A DNA stretch of 52,638 bases from Desulfobacterales bacterium (GCA_011330685.1 DRPV01000292.1:1-52638); one strand, 5' to 3'. Shown: positions 10,284-20,044, numbered from the stretch's first letter. Numbers and translations are program-made. The notes: generated by a model from the sequence alone, not told the origin.

Positions 10284-12122
10284 ATGTGCGGTATTGTCGG
10301 TTATATAGGCTCAAGAAGAGTTGTTCCCATAATTATTGAAGGCCTGAAAAGGCTGGCCTATCGGGGTTATGACTCCGCCGGGCTGGTCTATCTTGATAAC
10401 GGCCATCTAACCAAACACCGGGCCGCCGGTAAGCTCAGCAACCTGGCGGAGATCATGGAGGAGATCAATGCCGACAGCCGCATGGGGCTGGGGCACACCC
10501 GCTGGGCCACCCACGGTTCACCCACCGAGGACAACGCCCATCCCCACAGTGACTGTAAGGGTGAATTGGCTATTGTCCATAACGGTATCATTGAAAACTA
10601 CCATTCCCTGCGCCGTGACCTGATTAAGAGAGGCCATATATTCACCTCAGAGACCGACACCGAGGTACTGGCCCATCTTATTGAGGAAAATCTTGCCGGC
10701 GACCTGGCCGCCGCCGTCCGTCTCGCGGTGAAGCAGGTGGAGGGTTCTTTCGCCCTGGGGGTAATCTGGGCCGCTCAGCCGGATCAACTGGTGGCGGTGC
10801 GGCACCAAAGTCCTCTCGTTCTTGGAGTTAAAGAGGGCAGCGGTCATTTTATGGCCTCCGATATCCCCGCCCTCCTGCCCTATACCAACCGGGTCATCTT
10901 TTTAGAGGATGGCGATCTCGCCGTCCTCCAGCGGGATTCCTGCCACATAAGCCGTTTGACAGATGCGGGTGCCGTGGAGCGCCCCTGGCAGGAGATTTCC
11001 TGGAATACCAGTATGGCTGAGAAGGGGGGCTACAGGCACTTCATGCTCAAGGAGATATTCGAGCAGCCCCAGGCTGTTTTAAACACCTTCCGCGGCCGTT
11101 TCGAACCGGAGACGGGTACCGTTGATCTACCCGAGATAGGGCTTTCGAGCGCGGAAATAAAGGCCGTCAAACGGATATCTCTCGTGGCCTGCGGTACCTC
11201 ATGGCACGCGGCTCTCGTGGCAAAATACTGGTTGGAGAAATGGGCCGCCATTCCCGTTGATGTCGATATTGCCTCGGAATTCCGCTACCGCCGCCTGCTC
11301 CTTGACGAAAACTCCCTTGTTATCCCCATTTCGCAGTCCGGCGAAACCGCCGACACCCTGGCCGGAATGCGTCTGGCCCGCACCATGGGGGCCAAAATAA
11401 CCGCCATATGTAATGTAGTGGGCACCACTGTCACGCGAGAGGCGGACGGCACCATTTACACCCACGCCGGGCCTGAAATCGGCGTGGCATCCACCAAGGC
11501 CTTTACCTGCCAGTTAACGGCTCTTTTCCTCCTGACCCTCTATCTCGGTCAGGTCAGGGGTACAATCTCCCAGGAGGAATCCCGTTCTTTAGGCAATGTC
11601 ATGCTGGAGCTTCCAGCCATTCTCGAAGCGGAGATGCCGCGTCTGCAAAGAGATATTGAGCCAATTGTGGCAAAGTTCATTAACTGTCGTGACTTTCTGT
11701 ATCTGGGCCGGGGGGTGAATTTTCCCATCGCCTTAGAGGGGGCCCTGAAGCTCAAGGAAATCTCCTATATTCATGCCGAGGGCTATGCCGCAGGCGAGTT
11801 AAAACATGGCCCCATCGCCTTAATTGATCAGGAGATGCCGGTGCTGGCCTTAGCGCCGAGGGACGGGGTATACGCCAAGGTAATCTCCAATGTTGAGGAG
11901 GTGAAGGCCAGAAACGGCCGTCTGATCCTGGTGGGCAGCACCGGAGATGATAATCTGGCCCGCATCGCGGAGCATGTTATCCAGCTGCCGGAGATTCACG
12001 AAGACCTTAATCCCATTCTCTACGCCATTCCCCTGCAACTCCTGGCTTACGGTATTGCCAACGCCAGAGGATGCGATGTTGACCAACCAAGAAACTTAGC
12101 TAAAAGTGTCACGGTTGAATAA
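10284..12122 (+). CDS. glmS: Glutamine--fructose-6-phosphate aminotransferase
   Basis: Starts MCGIVG after a GAGG RBS; GHTRWATHG; ends DQPRNLAKSVTVE. Confidence 0.98.
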   Translation: MCGIVGYIGSRRVVPIIIEGLKRLAYRGYDSAGLVYLDNGHLTKHRAAGKLSNLAEIMEEINADSRMGLGHTRWATHGSPTEDNAHPHSDCKGELAIVHNGIIENYHSLRRDLIKRGHIFTSETDTEVLAHLIEENLAGDLAAAVRLAVKQVEGSFALGVIWAAQPDQLVAVRHQSPLVLGVKEGSGHFMASDIPALLPYTNRVIFLEDGDLAVLQRDSCHISRLTDAGAVERPWQEISWNTSMAEKGGYRHFMLKEIFEQPQAVLNTFRGRFEPETGTVDLPEIGLSSAEIKAVKRISLVACGTSWHAALVAKYWLEKWAAIPVDVDIASEFRYRRLLLDENSLVIPISQSGETADTLAGMRLARTMGAKITAICNVVGTTVTREADGTIYTHAGPEIGVASTKAFTCQLTALFLLTLYLGQVRGTISQEESRSLGNVMLELPAILEAEMPRLQRDIEPIVAKFINCRDFLYLGRGVNFPIALEGALKLKEISYIHAEGYAAGELKHGPIALIDQEMPVLALAPRDGVYAKVISNVEEVKARNGRLILVGSTGDDNLARIAEHVIQLPEIHEDLNPILYAIPLQLLAYGIANARGCDVDQPRNLAKSVTVE

Positions 12123-12130
12123 TCATCGTA

Positions 12131-12199
12131 GTAAGCGCTCCTGAAACGCTTACAGTTAGGGGGGGATATGAAGTTGGGTGTAGTTAATTGATTACTTAC
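12131..12199 (-). mobile_element. MITE-like element, GTAAG subfamily (69 bp)
   Basis: GTAAGCGCTCCTGAAACGCTTAC...ACTTAC; flanks TCATCGTA / TCATCGCA (7/8 TSD); homologous to 25615 and 30210. Confidence 0.8.
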
Positions 12200-12298
12200 T
12201 CATCGCAAGAGCCATACCCAATCACCCCGGCAAACAACGTTCATAGAACAAAAACAACAAAACCATGAGACAAGTCATGGGTAATTCAAGGAACCGCT

Positions 12299-13306
12299 AT
12301 GCGTAAAATTCTCATCACCGGAGCCGCTGGTTTTATTGGTAATTTTTTAAGTCAGGCCCTGCTGTCCCAGGGCTGGGAGGTAACCGGCATTGATAATTTA
12401 AATGATTATTACGATCCAGCCTTAAAACGCGACCGGCTGGCCCAAATACCACCAGCCGCGCCCTTCACCTTTATTCAGGGTGATATCGCCGACCGGCCGT
12501 TGATGGCCGAATTATTTGCCAAGCATAAATTTGACGTTGTGGTCAACCTAGCCGCCCAGGCGGGGGTACGCTATTCCCTTGAGAACCCCAACTCCTATGT
12601 GGATGCCAATGTAGTGGGCTTTGTTAATCTTCTCGAAGGCTGCCGCCACTCCGAAGTGGGGCATTTTGTCTTCGCCTCCTCAAGCTCGGTGTACGGCGGC
12701 AATGTCCGCACCCCCTTTTCAGTACACGACAATGTTGATCATCCTGTCTCCCTGTACGCCGCCACCAAGAAGGCCAACGAGCTCATGGCCCACAGTTACA
12801 GCCATCTGTACGGTCTGCCGGCTACCGGCTTACGCTTCTTCACGGTTTACGGCCCCTGGGGACGGCCTGACATGGCTTATTTTCTCTTTACCAAGGCCAT
12901 ACTGAGCGGCAAACCCATCAAGATTTTTAATAATGGTAAAATGAAGCGTGATTTTACCTATATTGATGATATAATAGAGGGAGTAGTCAGAGTCATCGAT
13001 AAACCACCGCGACCAAATCCGGAGTGGGATAAAATGAATCCTGATCCGGCCTCCAGCTGGTGCCCTTATCATATTTATAATATCGGCAACAACCAGCAGG
13101 AAGATTTAATGCGTTATATAGAGGTATTAGAGGACTGCCTGGGCCAAAAGGCGGTCAAGGAATTCCTGCCCATGCAGAATGGCGACGTTAAGGAGACCTT
13201 CGCCAACGTGGATGATCTGGTACAAGCCATTAATTTTAAACCGCGCACCTCCATTGAAGAGGGACTGCGGCGCTTTGTAGACTGGTATAAAGCTTATTAC
13301 ATTTAA
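12299..13306 (+). CDS. NAD-dependent epimerase, UDP-glucuronate 4-epimerase-like
   Basis: GAAGFIG, NLAAQAGVRYS, YAATKKANE, GPWGRPDMA motifs. Confidence 0.92.
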   Translation: MRKILITGAAGFIGNFLSQALLSQGWEVTGIDNLNDYYDPALKRDRLAQIPPAAPFTFIQGDIADRPLMAELFAKHKFDVVVNLAAQAGVRYSLENPNSYVDANVVGFVNLLEGCRHSEVGHFVFASSSSVYGGNVRTPFSVHDNVDHPVSLYAATKKANELMAHSYSHLYGLPATGLRFFTVYGPWGRPDMAYFLFTKAILSGKPIKIFNNGKMKRDFTYIDDIIEGVVRVIDKPPRPNPEWDKMNPDPASSWCPYHIYNIGNNQQEDLMRYIEVLEDCLGQKAVKEFLPMQNGDVKETFANVDDLVQAINFKPRTSIEEGLRRFVDWYKAYYI

Positions 13307-13307
13307 T

Positions 13308-13330
13308 GCAAGCGCCCCTGAAACGCTTAG
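13308..13330. repeat. Remnant of GTAAG-subfamily element
   Basis: GCAAGCGCCCCTGAAACGCTTAG vs consensus GTAAGCGCTCCTGAAACGCTTAC. Confidence 0.65.
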
Positions 13331-13407
13331 ACCCCGGCGGATGATCACCTGCCACTGTGATTTATTGATCGTTTGCCCATTTAATAGACAAAAAATAAAA
13401 AAATAAA

Positions 13408-14712
13408 ATGAATATAACTATGATTGGTACCGGCTATGTAGGGCTGGTAACTGGCTCCTGTCTGGCTGAATTCGGCCATCAGGTAACCTGCATGGACAAG
13501 GCAACGGAAAAGATCCAGGCCTTAAACAAAGGGCAGATCCCCATTTATGAGCCCGGCCTGGAACAACTGGTAGCCAATAACGTCAAAGAAAAACGTCTGC
13601 GTTTCACCACAGATATGAAAGAGGCGGTTGAATCGGCGCAAGCGGTGTTCATCGCCGTCGGCACCCCGGCTTCGAGACGTGGTGACGGCTACGCTGATCT
13701 GACATATATCTATGCCGCGGCCCGAGAGCTGGCCCATTATCTTAAAGATTACACGGTGGTAATTGACAAAAGCACAGTCCCGGTGGGTACCGCCAGTCAA
13801 GTGGCACGGGTTATCCGGGAAGAAAACCCGACAGCGGATTTTGATATTATCTCCAACCCGGAATTTTTGCGGGAGGGGGCGGCTATTAATGATTTCATGC
13901 GGCCCGACCGGGTGGTAATCGGCAGCGAGTCGGCCAGAGCAACCGAGGTCATGCGCGAGGTTTACAATCCTTTATATCTTATCTCAACCCCCATTGTAGC
14001 CACCAATCTTGAGACAGCGGAGCTCATCAAATATGCCGCCAACGCCTTTCTGGCCATCAAAATTTCTTTTATCAACGAAATTGCCGGTATCTGTGAAAAG
14101 GTGGGTGCCGATGTAGTTGACCTGGCCCGGGCGGTGGGTTTAGACGGCCGCATTGGCAGTAAATTTCTTCATCCCGGCCCCGGATACGGAGGTTCATGCT
14201 TCCCCAAAGACACCATAGCCCTTTTGCGTATTGCCCAGGAAAACGGGGTTGCCGCCCGTCTCGTGGAGGCTGGAGTAGAGGTTAATGCCGCTCAGAAAGC
14301 CCGCATGGTGAAAAAGATCATCGATACCATGGGCGGCTCGGTGGCCGGTAAAACCATTGCCGCCCTGGGGTTAACCTTCAAGCCGGAGACCGATGACCTG
14401 CGGGAGTCCCCGGCCATGACCATCCTGCCCCCCCTGTTAGAGAGAGGCGGCCGCATTCAGGTTCACGACCCCCAGGCCATGCCGGAGGCAGCCCGGCTGC
14501 TGCCGGATTTTCATTATACCAACTCAGCCTATGAAGCCTGCGAAAATGCCGATGCCGTGGTACTCTTAACCGAGTGGAATCAATACCGGGCCCTTGACCT
14601 TGAGCGGCTCAAAAAAATAATGAAACAACCGGTTTTTATTGATTTACGTAATGTATATGAACCAGAGGCCATGCGGGCCGCGGGTTTTATCTACAGCAGT
14701 ATAGGCCGCTGA
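13408..14712 (+). CDS. ugd: UDP-glucose 6-dehydrogenase
   Basis: GTGYVG, KSTVPVGT, NPEFLREG, GYGGSCFPKD catalytic motif. Confidence 0.95.
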   Translation: MNITMIGTGYVGLVTGSCLAEFGHQVTCMDKATEKIQALNKGQIPIYEPGLEQLVANNVKEKRLRFTTDMKEAVESAQAVFIAVGTPASRRGDGYADLTYIYAAARELAHYLKDYTVVIDKSTVPVGTASQVARVIREENPTADFDIISNPEFLREGAAINDFMRPDRVVIGSESARATEVMREVYNPLYLISTPIVATNLETAELIKYAANAFLAIKISFINEIAGICEKVGADVVDLARAVGLDGRIGSKFLHPGPGYGGSCFPKDTIALLRIAQENGVAARLVEAGVEVNAAQKARMVKKIIDTMGGSVAGKTIAALGLTFKPETDDLRESPAMTILPPLLERGGRIQVHDPQAMPEAARLLPDFHYTNSAYEACENADAVVLLTEWNQYRALDLERLKKIMKQPVFIDLRNVYEPEAMRAAGFIYSSIGR

Positions 14713-14719
14713 CCGCAAA

Positions 14720-14772
14720 CTAACCGTTCAGGAAAGCGAAGACTCCGAGATGGGGTGCAGGTGAACGATTAC
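14720..14772 (+). repeat. Short internal unit of GTAAC-subfamily element
   Basis: TAACCGTTCAGGAAAGCGAAGACTCCGAGATGGGGTGCAGGTGAACGATTAC; matches the reverse complements of 28099 and 37532. Confidence 0.75.
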
Positions 14773-14791
14773 GGACTTTGTATAAACACAA

Positions 14792-16312
14792 ATGACAAAC
14801 ACGCCCACAAACAAGAATAACAGCACGGAACTGCATAAGTCCAGAGCCGAAGTCAAGCGGCTAGTCAAGAACTGGCGTTCCCTGCTCGATATAATGCCGA
14901 TTATGGTTTTGTGCATCCGCAATGACAAAGTCATTGAATACCTTAACCAGAGTGCCCAAAAAACCTTTGGCAATGTCCGCGGCCAGACATGTTCCCAGGC
15001 CCTCTGCGGTGGTAATAACTGCCAGGATCAATGCCCGATGAATACGCCCGCCCAAAGCCGTGACACCATTGAGGCCAAGATAGCGGACATGTATGTTGAA
15101 TGCACCACCGTCCCCTTCGCGGGCTATAATGGTGATAATTTAACCATGATTTTGCTGCGGGACATCTCAAAACGTAAACAACAAGAGAACGAACTTAAAT
15201 CTTTCAACGAAAATATTGATCACATACTACGCCTGAAAATTGACGAACTAAAAGAAAGTGAGACCCTGCGTAACAAGTTGGCGAGGGAGGTTAATCTTTT
15301 AAAGCAAAAGGTTGAGATCAAGCAGAATAACGGCGGGATAATCGGCAGCAGCCGCAAGATGCGGGAACTGTTAGACACAATCCAGCAGGTAGCTGGTACA
15401 GATGCCATTGTCTTAATTACCGGTGAATCAGGTACCGGTAAAGAGCTGGTAGCCGACCTCGTGCGCCGTAACAGTCAGCGGCATGACAAGATATTTTTAA
15501 AGGTAAACTGCAGCGCCATTAATGAGAATCTCCTGGAAAGCGATCTCTTCGGCTATGAAAAAGGGGCCTTCACCGGGGCTGCCATGCGTACTAAGGGTAA
15601 ATTTGAAATCGCCGACGGCGGCACCATCTTCCTTGATGAAATCGGTGATATTTCGCCCCGCATGCAGAGCGCCCTTCTCAGAATATTACAGAGCGGCGAA
15701 CTTATCCGGGTGGGAGGAACCACACCCGTAAAGGTCGATGTCCGGGTCATTGCCGCCACCAATGTTGATCTCGCCAAGGCCGTAGAGAAAGGCACCTTTC
15801 GGCTGGATCTCTATTACCGCCTGAATATTATCCGGATATCTCTACCGCCTCTCAGGGAGCGGAAGGAAGATATTATGGAGTTGACCACTCATTTTGTCAA
15901 AAAATATCGCCAGGTATTTAATAAACAAATAGATTTTCTTCCCCACCGGATTATTGATATCCTCCTGCAACATGACTGGCCCGGTAATGTCCGTGAACTG
16001 GACAATGTTATTCAGCGTACCGTATTAATGTCAAAGAGTAACATGATAACTGAAGAAGATATCGCCTTTGAAAATGTCACGGATACAGCAAGCACCAAAA
16101 GCTCCCTGGCCAATTACATCGCCAACAGTTCCAAAAAATCATTGAAAGATATTATGTCAGCCTTGGAAAAAGATCTTCTAACCCATATCCTGCGCGAGAA
16201 TAAGGGCAACGTAGTAGAAGCCGCCAAACAACTTGCCATGGGCAAGACCGCCTTCTACGATAAGCTTAAAAAACATGGCCTTTCTCCTAAATCGTTAAAG
16301 AAAAAAACATGA
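14792..16312 (+). CDS. Sigma54-dependent transcriptional activator (PAS-like, AAA+, Fis HTH)
   Basis: GESGTGKE, ESDLFGYEKGAFTGA, FLDEIG, WPGNVREL; C-terminal HTH; no receiver domain. Confidence 0.93.
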   Translation: MTNTPTNKNNSTELHKSRAEVKRLVKNWRSLLDIMPIMVLCIRNDKVIEYLNQSAQKTFGNVRGQTCSQALCGGNNCQDQCPMNTPAQSRDTIEAKIADMYVECTTVPFAGYNGDNLTMILLRDISKRKQQENELKSFNENIDHILRLKIDELKESETLRNKLAREVNLLKQKVEIKQNNGGIIGSSRKMRELLDTIQQVAGTDAIVLITGESGTGKELVADLVRRNSQRHDKIFLKVNCSAINENLLESDLFGYEKGAFTGAAMRTKGKFEIADGGTIFLDEIGDISPRMQSALLRILQSGELIRVGGTTPVKVDVRVIAATNVDLAKAVEKGTFRLDLYYRLNIIRISLPPLRERKEDIMELTTHFVKKYRQVFNKQIDFLPHRIIDILLQHDWPGNVRELDNVIQRTVLMSKSNMITEEDIAFENVTDTASTKSSLANYIANSSKKSLKDIMSALEKDLLTHILRENKGNVVEAAKQLAMGKTAFYDKLKKHGLSPKSLKKKT

Positions 16313-16500
16313 CCGACGATAAACCATCTTCATGCCCATATTTCTCTAACAACGCTGATTGCCTGATGATCAACGACGGTATTTATATCCCCTTACCGCA
16401 GCATATCAAGATGTTTTGCCAGCGTAGTTCATTCCGCAAATGCCATCATTATATTAATGGCTGCAAGCCTGGCGATCCGGTACGGCATGAAGAACATTAA
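16309..16500 (+). CDS. Small Cys-rich hypothetical protein (63 aa)
   Basis: ATGA overlap with the activator stop; C-x8-C-x18-C-x7-C-x6-C pattern. Confidence 0.6.
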   Translation: MTDDKPSSCPYFSNNADCLMINDGIYIPLPQHIKMFCQRSSFRKCHHYINGCKPGDPVRHEEH

Positions 16501-16552
16501 GCACTTCATGAACACCGCCCTGCACACGTTCCAACCCCGCGATGCAGCTTAA

Positions 16553-17722
16553 TCAGTAATATGTATTGTCACCAAAATTTTCAGCTTTATACCCTGACTC
16601 TAAAAATTTCGCGGTAAGTAAAGACTCGTTAATAATTGCTGCCGATTTAGTCTTGAAAAGCTCCCAGGTTGCGGCATTAAGCGCAAATCTGCTATGCCAG
16701 CGCTCGGTCAGCCATTCAACAAGCCAGCGTTGATAATCAATGTTTATTGGCGCGTTTTTCTGGTACAGGTAAGAGTCGTTATAAATGGATATCCGCAACA
16801 GGTCTGGACAAAGTTCAGCGCGAATTTCCGCCGGCACAAGCCCCTTAAAAACAAACCTGCCAGGCTCACGGGGAAGAGACAGCAAAAATGACTGTGCTGT
16901 CCGGCCCAGACTGTCATCAATCCCCCTGATAAAAACCTCTTCAGAGCAGATATTACCATTATAGGTGACAGCGCGCGGAATTATTCCTAACGGCATATTA
17001 TCAGTGGTTATTATTTCACCTTCAGCGCTAACCAGATCAAGTTTAAACCTCATTTCCCTGGCATAATTATCCCGCAGATCTATTTTTATAGAAAAAGTTC
17101 CATCTTCTAAATCAGCTGGAGTCAGGCATACCCTGGATTGTAAATGCTTGTCGCTATAGTCTCTAACCAGAATATCGTGAATATTATCATCAATCAGAAC
17201 AACTGACTTTAATTGCTCCAGGGCCTTCCGGGGGGCAAAAAAGGCGTTGGTGCAGACCCAGCTTGAAACATCATAGCCGAAAACTCTGTATTGCTGATTA
17301 ACCGTGTCGATTCGACCTATAATTTTATTTCCTTCCATGGATCTTTTTAATATTTCTCTGTTAGAGTAATCTTGTAGAAAAGACGGCCCCGGTTTAAGAA
17401 ACATATCATTTACGATTAACACCAAATCACAATTAAGCTTAAGTAATTTAATAGCTTCGACACCCTTCTGCCAGCCGGAAAATTCCCGCCAGGTATTATC
17501 GCCCCCCATGGTGTAAACATTACCATCCCGCTTAATTTCCTCCTCACTTTTGTTATCTACCCGGAGATAGGTTATCCGGCAGTTCTGAATGGCAGCGAGA
17601 TACCCCTGGAGAATTTCAAAGACCTTATCGGAACTGCCGTCATGGCGCTCGTACTCCACAAAGATCACGGTTAAAAAGATTTTCTTCTTGAAGAGGCGGC
17701 AGAGGTTTTCTATAATCGGCAT
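16553..17722 (-). CDS. Hypothetical protein, possibly glycosyltransferase-like
   Basis: 389-aa ORF; VDN...GDNTWREFSGWQKG...VNDMF resembles polysaccharide-locus proteins; visibly AT-rich. Confidence 0.55.
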   Translation of the reverse strand: MPIIENLCRLFKKKIFLTVIFVEYERHDGSSDKVFEILQGYLAAIQNCRITYLRVDNKSEEEIKRDGNVYTMGGDNTWREFSGWQKGVEAIKLLKLNCDLVLIVNDMFLKPGPSFLQDYSNREILKRSMEGNKIIGRIDTVNQQYRVFGYDVSSWVCTNAFFAPRKALEQLKSVVLIDDNIHDILVRDYSDKHLQSRVCLTPADLEDGTFSIKIDLRDNYAREMRFKLDLVSAEGEIITTDNMPLGIIPRAVTYNGNICSEEVFIRGIDDSLGRTAQSFLLSLPREPGRFVFKGLVPAEIRAELCPDLLRISIYNDSYLYQKNAPINIDYQRWLVEWLTERWHSRFALNAATWELFKTKSAAIINESLLTAKFLESGYKAENFGDNTYY

Positions 17723-17756
17723 GGTTTGTCTCGGCAGAGTATTCTTACATTTAGGA

Positions 17757-17780
17757 GTAACTATTCAGCTGCACCCCATT
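17757..17780 (-). repeat. Solo end of GTAAC-subfamily element
   Basis: GTAACTATTCAGCTGCACCCCATT, nearly identical to the ends at 27119 and 28099. Confidence 0.7.
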
Positions 17781-17829
17781 TTATAGCGTTATTATGAGCC
17801 GGTATCAACTTATAACCGGTTAATCAACC

Positions 17830-18681
17830 TTGAAAAAACTATATCGCGATTTTCAGACAATTTATGGCTTAAATCATCTCTGCCCGCTGTGCGGCAAGGT
17901 GAAAGAGGTGATATGCCGGACGGCAATCGGCGATGACCTTGCCGAAGACTGGCGTTTATCCCCTGAATTGCGCCGCGCCTTTGATTACCGGGAAGGTTGC
18001 TCATGCCGCCATTGCGGGGCAACCACCCGGATAATGAATTTAGCCCTCACCCTGTTAGAGGTGATTAATCTGAATAATTCCACGGGATATCAGTTTGCCG
18101 CTGACGTTGACTGGCAGTCCCTCACCGCATTGCGCCTCGCGGAAATCAATAATTGCGGGGTGCTGCATGACTATTTAGGCAATTTAGCTGGTTTGAGCTA
18201 TTCCGAGTATGGCTCTGCCGACCCGGCAATACGCTCAGAAGATTTAAGGCGGTTAAGCTATGAGGATAACTGTTTTGATATTGTTCTGACCTCTGATGTG
18301 TTGGAACACGTCCCCGACTACCGACTGGCCCTGCACGAAATTTCCCGGGTTTTAAAACCGGATGGTGTTTTTATTCTCACCGTACCATGGCTCCGCCACC
18401 GGAAAACAGTCGTGAAGGCAAAAATTGACCACCAGGGGATGGTTGAGCTGTTGAGCAAGGCCTCTTACCATGGGGATTATAATCTGCGGCTCACGGACTA
18501 TCTGGTTTTTTACGAGTTCGGCTATGATTTTGTCCAGGATTTACAGAATATTTTTGCGGTCGAAATATATTGTCACCACGGCTTTGGAGGCCTGATTACT
18601 TCAGTATTCGTCTGCCGGGGCCGCGCGCCAGGAAATGACTTAACACCCGGCAGGCCCCGGCCAACTGCTCTATCTCGATAA
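17830..18681 (+). CDS. Class I SAM-dependent methyltransferase with N-terminal Cys pairs
   Basis: CPLC...CRHC; FDIVLTSDVLEHVPD; RVLKPDG. Confidence 0.8.
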   Translation: MKKLYRDFQTIYGLNHLCPLCGKVKEVICRTAIGDDLAEDWRLSPELRRAFDYREGCSCRHCGATTRIMNLALTLLEVINLNNSTGYQFAADVDWQSLTALRLAEINNCGVLHDYLGNLAGLSYSEYGSADPAIRSEDLRRLSYEDNCFDIVLTSDVLEHVPDYRLALHEISRVLKPDGVFILTVPWLRHRKTVVKAKIDHQGMVELLSKASYHGDYNLRLTDYLVFYEFGYDFVQDLQNIFAVEIYCHHGFGGLITSVFVCRGRAPGNDLTPGRPRPTALSR

Positions 18682-19705
18682 ATTCATGCGGCTTATGGGC
18701 CGCCTTGTAGTCACCAGGCCCCCACACGAGACAGGTTCCACGGTTTTTTAAACGTGAGCAGTCTGAGGGGAAGGGAACGCCGATTAATTTATCGGGGAAA
18801 TTCCGGGCTCTAATACTGGCCTGAAAGGCCTGAATAAACTGGTCATGAGGATCAGAATCAAGACCAAAGGCCGCGAAAAGGGGGATAACCCGGCCCCGAT
18901 CACCCACCACCTGCTGAATATAAGCGTGAATTTTGGCTGGCTGGTGGTCTGGCAGCAGTCTTATATCAACTAAAATCCGGTCTGTCTCCATACCGGTCTT
19001 CCGGTTCTTATCAGCCGCAATCAAGGTAATGGTCATCACGGCCTTACCAAGCGCGGGGTGGCTCTGGCGATTGATAGCCGCTTTGAGCCGGCCAAGCTCC
19101 TCCTTAATCGCCATGAGGCTCTCAGCGCCAGAGCCCCTCTGAGGTAGAATACGACAGCGATAGACCCCGATATGGGTTGAGATTGGTTGCAGCCTGCTTG
19201 GTTCAAGGGCAACACATAAATCCCAGCCGTTAGGATTATCCCTGGCCAGACGGTCTGAACCAGCCATGCCGCACTCCTCGTCAACACTCCCCACCAAGGT
19301 CACATCATAACCGAGGGGTATCCCCCGCCCGTGCAGACCAATGAGGGTGGAAAAGAGGGCGGCCAGCGGCCCCTTATCGTCACACGCCCCCCGGCCCCAT
19401 ATCTTATTATCCCTGACCTCAGCGAGAAATGGATTCCGCATTCCCTGGGCGCTCACCGTATCCATATGGGCCAGAAAAACAATCCTTGGCGCTCCAGGTT
19501 TGGGAAAGGAGGCAATAAAATTAAAGCGCTCCGGCAGAACCTCCTGCAACTGCCAGGTTATATCATTCATGGCACAAAGCCGTTTTAACACCTCAACAAT
19601 CCCCGCTTCACAGGGGCCTGTCGTGGCCGTTGGCTCAGACGATTCGCTGGGAACAGCTATCAGCTCTCTCGTAAGGTTAACCGCATTCTCGATAATTTCA
19701 CGCAT
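18596..19705 (-). CDS. M20/ArgE-DapE family metallohydrolase
   Basis: AHMDTV, GRGACDDKG, VDEE, LEP, GPG...AHKPHE metal-ligand motifs. Confidence 0.88.
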   Translation of the reverse strand: MREIIENAVNLTRELIAVPSESSEPTATTGPCEAGIVEVLKRLCAMNDITWQLQEVLPERFNFIASFPKPGAPRIVFLAHMDTVSAQGMRNPFLAEVRDNKIWGRGACDDKGPLAALFSTLIGLHGRGIPLGYDVTLVGSVDEECGMAGSDRLARDNPNGWDLCVALEPSRLQPISTHIGVYRCRILPQRGSGAESLMAIKEELGRLKAAINRQSHPALGKAVMTITLIAADKNRKTGMETDRILVDIRLLPDHQPAKIHAYIQQVVGDRGRVIPLFAAFGLDSDPHDQFIQAFQASIRARNFPDKLIGVPFPSDCSRLKNRGTCLVWGPGDYKAAHKPHEFIEIEQLAGACRVLSHFLARGPGRRILK

Positions 19706-19714
19706 TAATGAATC

Positions 19715-19781
19715 GTAAGCGCTCCTGAAACGCTTGCCCTCGGAGGACTATTTTTAGAGCGTGGTTTATTGTAAACGCTCA
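19715..19781 (-). repeat. Degenerate GTAAG-subfamily element
   Basis: GTAAGCGCTCCTGAAACGCTTGC followed by GTGGTTTATTG...CGCTC, resembling the far end of the 30210 copy. Confidence 0.6.
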
Positions 19782-19829
19782 ATAAACACATAGAGTACTA
19801 TATTAGATTGCGGCAGGCCAAATAAAATG

Positions 19830-19858
19830 TTGCATCCTTGAAATTTTCCGGTTATAGT
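19830..19858 (+). promoter_or_regulatory. Sigma70 promoter of the csp gene
   Basis: TTGCAT-N17-TATAGT, about 185 nt upstream of the ATG. Confidence 0.6.
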
Positions 19859-19910
19859 ATCTTTATTCTTGTGTAGTCACTATTTGTAGTTCATTAATTA
19901 CGGAAAAGCT

Positions 19911-19949
19911 AACCGCACAGTCCTCAGTATTCAGGAGTGCGGTTTTTTT
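19911..19949 (+). terminator. Terminator-like hairpin inside the csp 5' leader
   Basis: AACCGCAC..TCCT...AGGA GTGCGGTT followed by a T-run. Confidence 0.6.
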
Positions 19950-20044
19950 GTTTGGACACAATGACTGCCTGCCGGTTAAGATTACCGGCATTTCATCATT
20001 TAAGCGGTTTTAATATAAATCGCGAACAGTAAGGAGTAGTAAAA

